Shown here: piece after piece, positions 1 to 8,454 of the stretch | Numbering within the stretch: the first letter of the stretch is position 1 | Layout of the letters: the number at the start of each line of letters is the position of its first letter | Assembly (NCBI GenBank): GCA_039630545.1 | Contig: JBCNUU010000001.1 | Span: 1-64,000, forward strand | Reading direction: 5' to 3' | Source: Endomicrobiia bacterium | GTDB lineage: Bacteria > Elusimicrobiota > Endomicrobiia > DTEH01 | Length of the DNA stretch: 64,000 bases | Position numbers and translations under genes: made by a program | The notes under the pieces: model-generated | The model's input: the letters and a program-made list of their open reading frames with translations, nothing else | Told to the model about the DNA's origin: nothing | Databases searched by the model: none

Positions 1-26
1 AGACCCGAGACTAAGGGGATCTTAAG
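1..26 (+). CRISPR. Probable 3' part of a degenerate terminal CRISPR repeat (array would lie upstream of the window)
   Basis: AGACCCGAGACTAAGGGGAT has a CCC-N8-GGG mini-hairpin followed by GAT, like repeats ending GGGATTGAAAC, but ends CTTAAG. It is more GC-rich than its surroundings and lies ~105 nt before csx3. Only one partial copy is visible. Confidence 0.4.
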
Positions 27-131
27 CAGCAGTATATGATCTGGTGAGAAATCAAAGTAAAAATTTTGCTTCTAAGTAATTTTTATTTTCGTTTAGTTGA
101 AAATGTAATTTTAATGTTGTAATTCAATTTA

Positions 132-440
132 ATGAACTTCATTGATTTTAAAATTCATACCAGAGATAGTCTCGTTGTTGTTGAGTTTAAGTTAAGTAGA
201 GAACTTCAACCTGAGGATCTTCTAAAAATTAACCCACCAGATGCTGTAAAAGAAGGTTTTGCTTCTAAAGGTGTTATTATTTCAGGAAGGGGACCTGTTT
301 GGTTGTATGGGTTTCTTGTGCATTTTTATCACCCTACAAAATATGTAGGAATTTATGATCCAAGATTAGGTGGTGCTGTTGTTGTTGAAACGCATACTCA
401 GGATGTAAAGGTTGGGGATTTAATACCTATTTCTTTATAA
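132..440 (+). CDS. csx3: CRISPR-associated ring nuclease Csx3/Crn3
   Basis: 102 aa; GVIISGRGPVWLYGFLVH and YDPRLGGAVVVETH match the Csx3 family; in a cas cluster. Confidence 0.9.
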   Translation: MNFIDFKIHTRDSLVVVEFKLSRELQPEDLLKINPPDAVKEGFASKGVIISGRGPVWLYGFLVHFYHPTKYVGIYDPRLGGAVVVETHTQDVKVGDLIPISL

Positions 441-1783
441 TGAAATATATATATCAAATAGGAAGAATAGATAAAAACATTTTAGAAAACAAAAAATTTC
501 AAATAGATACCGAAAGTTTTGAGGTACCTTTAAGCAGTATTGCTCTTAAGAAATTTTTTGAAAATAAAAAACAAGATGTAAAACTTGTACTTATTTATCC
601 TGTAAGTTTAGCAATTAACAAGACAGTAACTGGTCAGAAGTTAAATTCTTTTTGTGATAAAATTGGAGAGTTGTTTAGTGACAAATCAAAACTTAATGAT
701 TTTTTGAACTCTCCTTATGAACTTTTTAGATATCATCCACACAATACCTGCGCAGATGATTTTTTTGTTATTCACTCTATTGGTGAGTATGAAGGAATAA
801 GTTTTAAGTCAGATTTTAGTTTTATAGTATTAGAAATTTTTTGTGATATTATAAAAAGATATACCGAGTGGGAAAAAACTCGCAAGGATGACAACTTCGA
901 GTTATATATAGATATTTCAACTGGTCTTAACATATACATAACATCCTTGCTTGAAGCTGCCAGATACTTTGTTGTGTTTCAAAAATTAAGAAACTGGAAT
1001 AACAACAAAAATGCTAATGTAAAAATTGTTTTCAGTGATCCAGTAATAGGAAGTTCTGCTCAGAGTTATAACCTTTATTTTGACTACACGCTTGATGTTA
1101 AAGTTTTTTTAGTTTCTCCTGTTAAAAAAGAAGATTTAAATTTTAATTTAGCAAGAAAAATTTTTCCTGGTGAGGATGAAAAAGAATTAAAGCAAAAATT
1201 AAATAAACTTCTTGAGGATTTCGCTGTTTTGTTTTCTTCTGTGAAAAATACAACTCCTCTGGTTTGGTTTTCCTTTAATTTTGCAAATGGTTCTTTGTTA
1301 GGTGAACTTATTGAAAAATGTTACAAAATGTTTTCATCAAACTGGAAGAGTTCCTGTAGTGTTGATGTTTCTTATTTTTTTAAAGCTTTTTTAGTTGTTT
1401 CTTTTTATGAAGGTCTGCTTGAAGTCTTAAAAAGTAATGGTGTTAACTTTGGCTGTAAAGAAGTTTCTCTTCAAAATTTAAAAGAGGTAAAAAGTAAATT
1501 AAAAAAATTATTTCCTGATTTAAAAGTTGAATTGTTAGGAAACGAGCTTGCCAATTTAGAAAGAAACAAAAGTTGTTTTTTGTCTGCGTCTAATTGGAGT
1601 TTGCTTAAAAATTTTGTTAGTGGTGAATCTCAAGATTTTCAACCAAGAAACTTTATTGCTCATGGTGGGTTTGAAAGAAATATCGTAGAGGTAAAAATAG
1701 AAAACAATGAGTTAAACTTTAGATATGTTGATAATAGGGATGTTTTTGATAAAATAAAGTCAGCTTTAATAAATAACCTCTAA
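440..1783 (+). CDS. csx1: Type III CRISPR ancillary ribonuclease Csx1 (CARF + HEPN)
   Basis: LYIDISTGLN (DxTHGxN-like CARF motif) and C-terminal RNFIAH (HEPN RxxxxH); start overlaps csx3 stop (TAATG). Confidence 0.88.
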   Translation: MKYIYQIGRIDKNILENKKFQIDTESFEVPLSSIALKKFFENKKQDVKLVLIYPVSLAINKTVTGQKLNSFCDKIGELFSDKSKLNDFLNSPYELFRYHPHNTCADDFFVIHSIGEYEGISFKSDFSFIVLEIFCDIIKRYTEWEKTRKDDNFELYIDISTGLNIYITSLLEAARYFVVFQKLRNWNNNKNANVKIVFSDPVIGSSAQSYNLYFDYTLDVKVFLVSPVKKEDLNFNLARKIFPGEDEKELKQKLNKLLEDFAVLFSSVKNTTPLVWFSFNFANGSLLGELIEKCYKMFSSNWKSSCSVDVSYFFKAFLVVSFYEGLLEVLKSNGVNFGCKEVSLQNLKEVKSKLKKLFPDLKVELLGNELANLERNKSCFLSASNWSLLKNFVSGESQDFQPRNFIAHGGFERNIVEVKIENNELNFRYVDNRDVFDKIKSALINNL

Positions 1784-1785
1784 GT

Positions 1786-2787
1786 ATGACTTCTCTTTAT
1801 ATCACTGAGGACTACGCTGTAATAAAGAAGCACCAGCAACGCATAGTGGTTCAAAAAGATGACAGAATACTTCTTGAGGTGCCTTCTTTTAAAATTGATA
1901 AAATTTTGCTTTTTGGTAAAATTCAGATTACTGCTGACGCTATAGAGTGGCTTTTAGAAAACAATATTGATGTTGCTTTTTTTAACCAGTATGGTCGTCT
2001 TAAAGCAAAGCTTCAAAATATAGAAAGTAAAAATGTGTACTTAAGAATACTTCAGTATGAAACATATCAAGATGAAAAAAGAAGATTGTCTATTGCTAAA
2101 AGTATAGTTAAAGGTAAAATAGAAAATATGATAAGTTTTATTAAAAAATTTCATAAAAATCACCCTGATATAAGTTTTGATGAAGAGATAAATTTTTTGA
2201 AGAAATCAGTTGAGTTGCTTGAAAGAAAACAACATATAGGTGGTGTTCTTGGTGTGGAGGGTGTTGCTTGTAGTGTTTATTTTGGAAGTTTTAATAAGTT
2301 TTTGTTAAACCCTCACTGGCATGGAAGTTTTTCAGGAAGAACAAAAAGACCTCCAAGGGATCCTTTGAATTCTCTTTTATCTTTAGGTTATTCTCTTGTT
2401 ACTAATGAGTTAGTTTCTGTTTTGTGCGGAGTTGGGTTTGATCCTTATGTTGGGTTTCTTCATGAGATTGATTATGGAAGGCCATCTTTAGCTGTTGATT
2501 TGCTGGAGGAGTTTAGAGTTGCTGTGGTTGACAGAGTTGTAATAGAAATGGTCAACAACAGAGTTATTTCAATTGATGATTTTGATTATAAAGAAAATAC
2601 TGTTTTGATGAAAAAGGAATCATTAAAAAAATTTTTTGAACATTTTGACCGTAAACTGAATACTTCATTTAGAGATTACTTTACTCAACAGGAGATTACT
2701 TATAGAAAAGCTTTTTATATACAAACTCAAAAATTAGCAAAAGCTATTTACGAAAACATAAACTATACTCCATTTTGTTTTTTTTGA
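1786..2787 (+). CDS. cas1: CRISPR-associated integrase Cas1
   Basis: GVEG, RPPRDPLNSLLSLGY, GFLH, DLLEEFR motifs. Confidence 0.97.
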   Translation: MTSLYITEDYAVIKKHQQRIVVQKDDRILLEVPSFKIDKILLFGKIQITADAIEWLLENNIDVAFFNQYGRLKAKLQNIESKNVYLRILQYETYQDEKRRLSIAKSIVKGKIENMISFIKKFHKNHPDISFDEEINFLKKSVELLERKQHIGGVLGVEGVACSVYFGSFNKFLLNPHWHGSFSGRTKRPPRDPLNSLLSLGYSLVTNELVSVLCGVGFDPYVGFLHEIDYGRPSLAVDLLEEFRVAVVDRVVIEMVNNRVISIDDFDYKENTVLMKKESLKKFFEHFDRKLNTSFRDYFTQQEITYRKAFYIQTQKLAKAIYENINYTPFCFF

Positions 2788-2793
2788 AGTTTT

Positions 2794-3069
2794 ATGTTTT
2801 ATGTTGTATGTTATGATATATCTAACGATAAAAGAAGAAATATAGTTGCTAAAGTTTTAGAAAATTATGCTGTGAGGGTTCAAGAAAGTGTTTTTGAGAT
2901 AATATGCGATGAAGAGATAATAAAGGAAATATTAAACAAGTTAGAACCTATAGTTGATAAGAAAGAAGATAGTTTAAGAGTTTATACCATATGTAGTAGT
3001 TGTTTAAAAAAAATAACTGTTATTGGAGTAGGTGAGGTAACAAAAGATATTGAAGTTTTTGTTGTTTAA
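2794..3069 (+). CDS. cas2: CRISPR-associated protein Cas2
   Basis: YVVCYDISNDKRR, RVQESVFE, DSLRVY; 91 aa after cas1. Confidence 0.97.
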   Translation: MFYVVCYDISNDKRRNIVAKVLENYAVRVQESVFEIICDEEIIKEILNKLEPIVDKKEDSLRVYTICSSCLKKITVIGVGEVTKDIEVFVV

Positions 3070-3085
3070 ATTTTATGTTTATTAG

Positions 3086-3114
3086 TTGACAAATAATATC
3101 AAAAAAAGTATAAA
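3086..3114 (+). promoter_or_regulatory. Sigma70-type promoter for tRNA-Leu
   Basis: TTGACA-17 bp-TATAAA, 21 nt upstream of the tRNA. Confidence 0.7.
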
Positions 3115-3135
3115 TTTAATTCTTTAATAAAAAAT

Positions 3136-3224
3136 GCTCGGGTGGCGGAACAGGCAGACGCACGGGACTTAAAATCCCGGGACCCATTTAGCAGGTCGTG
3201 AGGGTTCAAATCCCTCCCCGAGCA
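3136..3224 (+). tRNA. tRNA-Leu (TAA), no encoded CCA
   Basis: Acceptor GCTCGGG/CCCGAGC, anticodon arm CGGGA-CTTAAAA-TCCCG, long variable arm, GGTTCAAATCC. Confidence 0.95.
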
Positions 3225-3370
3225 TTTTTTTTGTTTGTGGTGTGTTTGTGTTAGTAACTTTTCTTTTGAAATTGTTAATGAGTAAATATCAATAAAATAG
3301 CTAAACTTTGTTAAGTGTAGAAAGTTTCATAATGACGGTGGGTTATATTATATAGAAAAGTATATGATTG

Positions 3371-3459
3371 TGCCGAAGGAGGGAGTCGAACCCTCACTCC
3401 CGGTTAAAACGGGAACTGGTTTTTGAGACCAGCGTGTCTGCCAATTCCACCACTTCGGC
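3371..3459 (-). tRNA. tRNA-Leu (CAA), no encoded CCA
   Basis: Reverse strand GCCGAAG...CTGGT-CTCAAAA-ACCAG...GGTTCGACTCC...CTTCGGCA; long variable arm. Confidence 0.95.
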
Positions 3460-3580
3460 TTTTTAAAAAATATAAAATTTTATAAATCAATTTTCAATAA
3501 TTTGCTAAAAAATATATTTGGACTTTACAATTTTTTAAAAACCCTTGAAATAAATTTTATTTTTTTATAAATTTTAAAAT

Positions 3581-4282
3581 ATGAATAAAATACTGATTAT
3601 AGAAGACGACCAGGAAACTGCTGAATATACAAAGCAAATTTTAGAAGCAGAAGGTTTTGAGGTTTATAATTCATATACAGGTAAAGATGTTATAAAGAAG
3701 ATTTTAACTCTTTCACCGGATTTAATTTTACTTGACCTGACTTTACCTGATATTGATGGTATTGATTTATGCAGGGAAATAAAGACCGACTTTAGATTGC
3801 AGACTATACCTATAATAATGCTTACAGCAAGAGCTTCCACAGAAGACAAAATTATAGGGTTTGAGAGTGGTGCTGACGATTATATAATTAAGCCATTTGA
3901 ACCTCAGGAACTTATTTTAAGAATAAAAGCTTTATTAAGGAGAGTAGAAATCTTCGGTTCAAAACCTCAGGAAGTTTTAACTATAGGACCTATAACATTA
4001 GATATTGCTGGTTATAGTGTTACAGTTGTTAAACCTTTAAAGATAGAGCTTACTCCTAAAGAATTTCAACTTTTATATTTATTGATGAAAAATCAAAATC
4101 GCGTTCTGGAAAGAAAGTTTCTTCTTAGAACACTATGGGGTTATGCAGATGAACAGGAGATGGAAAAAACAAGAACTTTGGATGTGCATATAATGAACTT
4201 AAGAAAAAAATTAGGTGAAGATATCGGGAAATATATTAAAACAGTAGAAAACATTGGTTATAAATTTGAGTATATAGAGTAA
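3581..4282 (+). CDS. OmpR/PhoB-family response regulator
   Basis: REC domain (IIEDD, LLDLTLP, GADDYIIKPF) plus winged-helix (LTPKEF, RTLDVHIMNLRKK). Confidence 0.93.
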   Translation: MNKILIIEDDQETAEYTKQILEAEGFEVYNSYTGKDVIKKILTLSPDLILLDLTLPDIDGIDLCREIKTDFRLQTIPIIMLTARASTEDKIIGFESGADDYIIKPFEPQELILRIKALLRRVEIFGSKPQEVLTIGPITLDIAGYSVTVVKPLKIELTPKEFQLLYLLMKNQNRVLERKFLLRTLWGYADEQEMEKTRTLDVHIMNLRKKLGEDIGKYIKTVENIGYKFEYIE

Positions 4283-4328
4283 ATATTTTGATTGATTAAA
4301 AATTCTTTTTGTCTTAGTTTATACTAAT

Positions 4329-4402
4329 CGCGGGGTAGAGCAGCCCGGTAGCTCGCGAGGCCCATAACCTCGAGGTCGCAGGTTCAAATCCTGCCCCCGC
4401 AA
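4329..4402 (+). tRNA. tRNA-fMet (CAT), initiator-type, atypical anticodon arm
   Basis: CGCGGGG start with C1xA72 mismatch, A11:U24, anticodon arm CGAGG-CCCATAA-CCTCG. Confidence 0.9.
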
Positions 4403-4424
4403 GTTTTTTTTATTTAATGTTTAA

Positions 4425-4498
4425 GGTGCGGTACCCAAGTAGCTAAGGGAGCGGTCTGCAAAACCGCGATTTCGTGGGTGCAAATCCCACCCGCACCT
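4425..4498 (+). tRNA. tRNA-Cys (GCA)
   Basis: Acceptor GGTGCGG/CCGCACC, U73, anticodon arm GCGGT-CTGCAAA-ACCGC. Confidence 0.92.
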
Positions 4499-4524
4499 TT
4501 TGTTTTTTTCTTCTTAAATTAAAA

Positions 4525-5418
4525 ATGACAGACCCTTCCCTTAAGGTTTCCGTTGGTAGGCTTACTATTAAAAATCCAATAATTTTGGCATCTGGTGTTT
4601 GTGGTTTTGGTGAAGAAAATGTTAGTGTGTTAAATAAATGTGGAGCGGTAATTTTTAAAACTATAACATTGCTGCCTAAAAAAGGAAATCCTCCACCAAG
4701 GGTTGCTGATTTTCCTTATGGAATGATTAATTCTATAGGATTGGAAAATCCTGGAGTTGAGGGATTAAAAGATAAATTATGTTACATAAAGAAAATTAAA
4801 ACCAAAAAATTAGCAAGTTTCATGCCTGAAGATAAAAAAGACTTTCTGGTTCTTTTAGATAAATTAGAAAATTTTGATGTATTTGATGGGTATGAGATAA
4901 ATCTCTCATGTCCTAATGTTGAAAAAATTAAATGGCTTAATGAGACTACTACTTTAAAAAAAATTTTTAAGAATGTAAGAAAATTAACTGAAAAACCATT
5001 AATTGTAAAACTTTCGGTTGAAAATGATATCTCAAAAATAATAGAAATTTTAAAAGAAAATAATTTTGATGGTGTGAGTTTGCTTAATACCTTTAAAGCA
5101 GTGGCTGTTGATTGGAAGAAAATGAAATTTAAGCTTGCTAACATATATGGAGGATATTCAGGTCCGGCAATAAAACCAATTGTACAAAGATATGTATATG
5201 ATATAGGAAAAAAATTTGATATAGACATAATAGCTACAGGAGGGATTATTTGTGGACAAGATGTGATAGAATATCTTCTTTTAGGAGCAAAGGCTGTTCA
5301 GATAGGAAGTGGGTATTTTAGAAATCCTCAATTACCAGTAGATTGTATTATGTTTTTAAAAAAATACTTAAAAGAAAATAAAACAAAGCTTGAAGATATT
5401 ATAGGGAAATTAAAATAA
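4525..5418 (+). CDS. pyrD: Dihydroorotate dehydrogenase, family 1 catalytic subunit
   Basis: NPIILASG, KGNPPPR, NSIGLENPG, EINLSCPN, GGYSGPAIKP; start moved to ATG 4525 because the longer ORF overlaps tRNA-Cys. Confidence 0.9.
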   Translation: MTDPSLKVSVGRLTIKNPIILASGVCGFGEENVSVLNKCGAVIFKTITLLPKKGNPPPRVADFPYGMINSIGLENPGVEGLKDKLCYIKKIKTKKLASFMPEDKKDFLVLLDKLENFDVFDGYEINLSCPNVEKIKWLNETTTLKKIFKNVRKLTEKPLIVKLSVENDISKIIEILKENNFDGVSLLNTFKAVAVDWKKMKFKLANIYGGYSGPAIKPIVQRYVYDIGKKFDIDIIATGGIICGQDVIEYLLLGAKAVQIGSGYFRNPQLPVDCIMFLKKYLKENKTKLEDIIGKLK

Positions 5419-6044
5419 TGATAAAAAAAGTTGGTATAATAAACTATGGAGTTGGTAATTTAATGAGTATAGCAAAGGCTGTAGAGTTTCTTGGTATTTT
5501 GCCTGAAATAATAAAAAAAGCAACTAAAAAAAAATTTGATATGTTAATTTTACCTGGAGTTGGAAGTTTTGGTTATGCTGTCGACTATGTTAAAAAAAAT
5601 GGCCTCTATGATATTATATTAGAATTTATAACCTCTAAAAAACCTGTTTTAGGGATATGTTTGGGTATGCAGCTTTTGTTTGATAAAAGCGAAGAGGCTA
5701 AAAATTATAAAGGGTTTGAAATATTAAAAGGAGATGTTATAAAATTTAAAAATAATACTAAATTTCCTGTGCCTCATATGTGCTGGAATTTAGTTGAGTT
5801 TAAATTTTTACATCCTGTTTTGCTTAAAGGGTTAAATAAAAAAGAATTTTTTTATTTCGTCCATTCTTATTTCTGCGTTCCAGAAGATAAAAGTATAATT
5901 TTTGGAACTACAAACTACATAAATAAGTTTTGTTCAATGATAGTGAAAGAAAACATAATTGCAACACAGTTTCATTTAGAAAAAAGTGGCATATCTGGTT
6001 TAAAGCTATTAAAAAATATACTGGATTACTTTAACACTTTCTAA
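5418..6044 (+). CDS. hisH: Imidazole glycerol phosphate synthase glutaminase subunit
   Basis: NYGVGNL, LPGVGSF, GICLGMQ, YFVHSY, QFHLEKSG. Confidence 0.93.
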   Translation: MIKKVGIINYGVGNLMSIAKAVEFLGILPEIIKKATKKKFDMLILPGVGSFGYAVDYVKKNGLYDIILEFITSKKPVLGICLGMQLLFDKSEEAKNYKGFEILKGDVIKFKNNTKFPVPHMCWNLVEFKFLHPVLLKGLNKKEFFYFVHSYFCVPEDKSIIFGTTNYINKFCSMIVKENIIATQFHLEKSGISGLKLLKNILDYFNTF

Positions 6045-6057
6045 CGGGAGAAAAACT

Positions 6058-6411
6058 ATGTTAGTAAAATATCTAAAGTCAAAACTTCATGGATTGACTG
6101 TTACAGAAAAAAGTGTTTACTACATGGGTAGTATCATTTTAGATGAGGAGTTTTTAGAAAAAGCAAATATAAAACCATATGAAGTGGTATTAGTTATTAA
6201 TTTAAATAATGCAGAAAGGTTTGAGACATATGTGATCCCCGCCAAAAAAGGCTCAAAAACAGTTGCTCTTCAGGGTGGAGCAGCCCGTTTAGGGGAAGTA
6301 GGAGACCAGCTTATAGTAATGTCTTTTTACTTTTTAGAACCTGATAAAGACTTAAAGCCTGTTACTTTAATCTTTGATAAAGGTAATAAAATTAAAAAGA
6401 TCCTTAAATAA
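6058..6411 (+). CDS. panD: Aspartate 1-decarboxylase proenzyme
   Basis: KSKLH, YMGSI (G-S cleavage site), NNAERFETY, GGAAR. Confidence 0.93.
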   Translation: MLVKYLKSKLHGLTVTEKSVYYMGSIILDEEFLEKANIKPYEVVLVINLNNAERFETYVIPAKKGSKTVALQGGAARLGEVGDQLIVMSFYFLEPDKDLKPVTLIFDKGNKIKKILK

Positions 6412-6431
6412 CAGTTTTTGAATTTTTTCTT

Positions 6432-7145
6432 ATGATAAAATTTCTTTTATTTAATAGGATAGTTAAATTTTTTTATGGAATAGTTCTTGTACCATTTTGT
6501 TTTGTGCTTTTAAAAGTATTGGTATATGTAGTATCAAATATAGAATTCAGAGATAAATTAGTAATTTTTTTCTTCGCTGGGATGGGTAGTTATTTGTTGC
6601 TTCATCTGTTTTTTTACAAGCCAATAAAAATGTATGTAATAGGCCATGAACTTGTTCATGTTTTGAGTAGCTATTTATGTGGAGCTAAGGTTAGAAAATT
6701 AAAAATAGGAAAATTTTCTGGTTATGTTAGTGTTAATAAGATAAATACATTTACAGCTTTATCGCCATATTTTATTCCTTTTTATTCTCTGACTATTTCC
6801 ATTTTGTGGGTAGTTTTTAGATATATTTTAGGAATGAAAATTCCAGTAGATATATTCGTTTTTCTTTTAGGTTTTAGTATTATGTTTCATTTAGTTTTGA
6901 CCTTTCATGCTGTATCTATAGGACAAAGTGATTTTAGAATTGGAGGTTGGTTGTTTTCTTTAGTAATAATTTTTATCGTTAATTGTTTGATTTTAGTTTT
7001 TTTGTTATATTTTTTATTTCCATCTAGACTAAATTTTTATCAACTAAAAAACTATTTTCTTTCAACATTAGACACTACATATAAGTTTTTTTATTTTAAG
7101 TTTAAAAATCTGATTCCATTTTTTGTTAAAAGTGAAAGTAAATAG
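6432..7145 (+). CDS. Membrane protein with HExxH motif (M50-like peptidase)
   Basis: Several TM segments, GHELVH, LSPYFIP. Confidence 0.6.
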   Translation: MIKFLLFNRIVKFFYGIVLVPFCFVLLKVLVYVVSNIEFRDKLVIFFFAGMGSYLLLHLFFYKPIKMYVIGHELVHVLSSYLCGAKVRKLKIGKFSGYVSVNKINTFTALSPYFIPFYSLTISILWVVFRYILGMKIPVDIFVFLLGFSIMFHLVLTFHAVSIGQSDFRIGGWLFSLVIIFIVNCLILVFLLYFLFPSRLNFYQLKNYFLSTLDTTYKFFYFKFKNLIPFFVKSESK

Positions 7146-7719
7146 TTTAAATGGGTTAAAAGAAATAAAAAGAAAAAGTTTGCATCTTTTGACAGTTTTT
7201 TATCCTATTGGTTACAATCTATTGCCATTTCAAACCTCCGTAATTGTATCTGCAAGCTTAGTAATAATAGATTTAATATTTGAAACAATAAGATTACTTT
7301 ATCCCTCAGTAAATAGAATTCTTCTTAAAATTTTCGAAGGAACATACAGGCAGAAAGAAGAAGAAAATGTATCTACGCTTATCTGGACTCTTTCTGGTGC
7401 TTTTCTTACGATACTTTTATTTTCTGATAATAAAAATATAGTTACATTGAGTTTACTATATTTAGTTTTTGGAGATAGTATCGCTGCAATAGTAGGGGTG
7501 TGGTTTGGGAAAATCAAGTTAGGCTCAAGGGGCAAAAGTTTAGAGGGGTCGCTGGCGTTTTTTTTAGTTGCGTTTCTCTGTGGATTGTTTTTTGTAAAGG
7601 TAGAATATGCTTTTTTAACAGCACTTTTAGGAGCTGCAATAGAGTTTTTGCCTTTACCAATAGATGATAACTTTATTTTGCCATTGTTTACTGCAGGACT
7701 TCTTAGTATACTTATATGA
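7123..7719 (+). CDS. Polyprenol/diacylglycerol kinase family membrane protein (phytol/dolichol kinase-like)
   Basis: RKSLH, FGDSIAAIVG, KSLEGS, DDNFILP. Confidence 0.8.
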   Translation: MLKVKVNSLNGLKEIKRKSLHLLTVFYPIGYNLLPFQTSVIVSASLVIIDLIFETIRLLYPSVNRILLKIFEGTYRQKEEENVSTLIWTLSGAFLTILLFSDNKNIVTLSLLYLVFGDSIAAIVGVWFGKIKLGSRGKSLEGSLAFFLVAFLCGLFFVKVEYAFLTALLGAAIEFLPLPIDDNFILPLFTAGLLSILI

Positions 7720-8450
7720 ACTCAAAAAGTTTTCTTAAGCTTACAGGTGTTTACAAAAAATTTGGCAATAAAGAAGTATTAAAAAACATAAATTTTGAAG
7801 TGCAACCTTATGAAATATTTGTTCTTTTAGGTCCAAATGGTGCAGGTAAAACCACAACCCTTAAAATTATCTCTGGAATATTGGAAGCAGATAAAGGAGA
7901 AGTTTATATTTTAGGTAAAAAAATGTCTGTGTTAAATACAGAACTAAAAAGGTATATAGGATATCTTCCTGACGAACCTTATATTTACTCTAAACTCACT
8001 GGAAAAGAATTTTTAGAATTTATTATTTCAATATATAAAAAACAACCTATAAATGGTATGTTTGAATTTTTTCTTTCTCAATTTGAGTTAGAAGATGCAA
8101 TACATAATCCAATAGAAACTTACTCCAAAGGAATGAAGCAAAAGTTGCTCCTTATGAGTATTTTTTTAAGAGAACCTGATTTAATTTTATTAGATGAACC
8201 TTTAGTAGGACTTGACCCCAAAAGTATAAACTTTTTTAAAAAACATATTTTGAAACTAAAAAGCGATGGGAAAGCCATAATTTTGTCTACTCATCTATTA
8301 GAACTTGCAGAGCAGCTTGCAACTAGGATAGCTATTATTTATAACGGCAGGATATTAATATGTGGCACAAAGGAAGAACTTTCAAAAAGTTTAGATGTCT
8401 ATTCAGGTAGTTTAGAAGATATTTATATAAAAGCAATTCAGATCAAATAA
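7716..8450 (+). CDS. ABC transporter ATP-binding protein
   Basis: GPNGAGKTT, YSKGMKQK, LLDEP, STH. Confidence 0.95.
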   Translation: MNSKSFLKLTGVYKKFGNKEVLKNINFEVQPYEIFVLLGPNGAGKTTTLKIISGILEADKGEVYILGKKMSVLNTELKRYIGYLPDEPYIYSKLTGKEFLEFIISIYKKQPINGMFEFFLSQFELEDAIHNPIETYSKGMKQKLLLMSIFLREPDLILLDEPLVGLDPKSINFFKKHILKLKSDGKAIILSTHLLELAEQLATRIAIIYNGRILICGTKEELSKSLDVYSGSLEDIYIKAIQIK

Positions 8451-8454
8451 TTTT

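Noticed and set aside
3070..3580. CRISPR array or leader downstream of cas2
   Set aside because: No repeated units; the region is explained by a promoter and two tRNA-Leu genes
4474..4524. N-terminal extension of pyrD from the ORF track
   Set aside because: Overlaps tRNA-Cys; ATG 4525 is the plausible start
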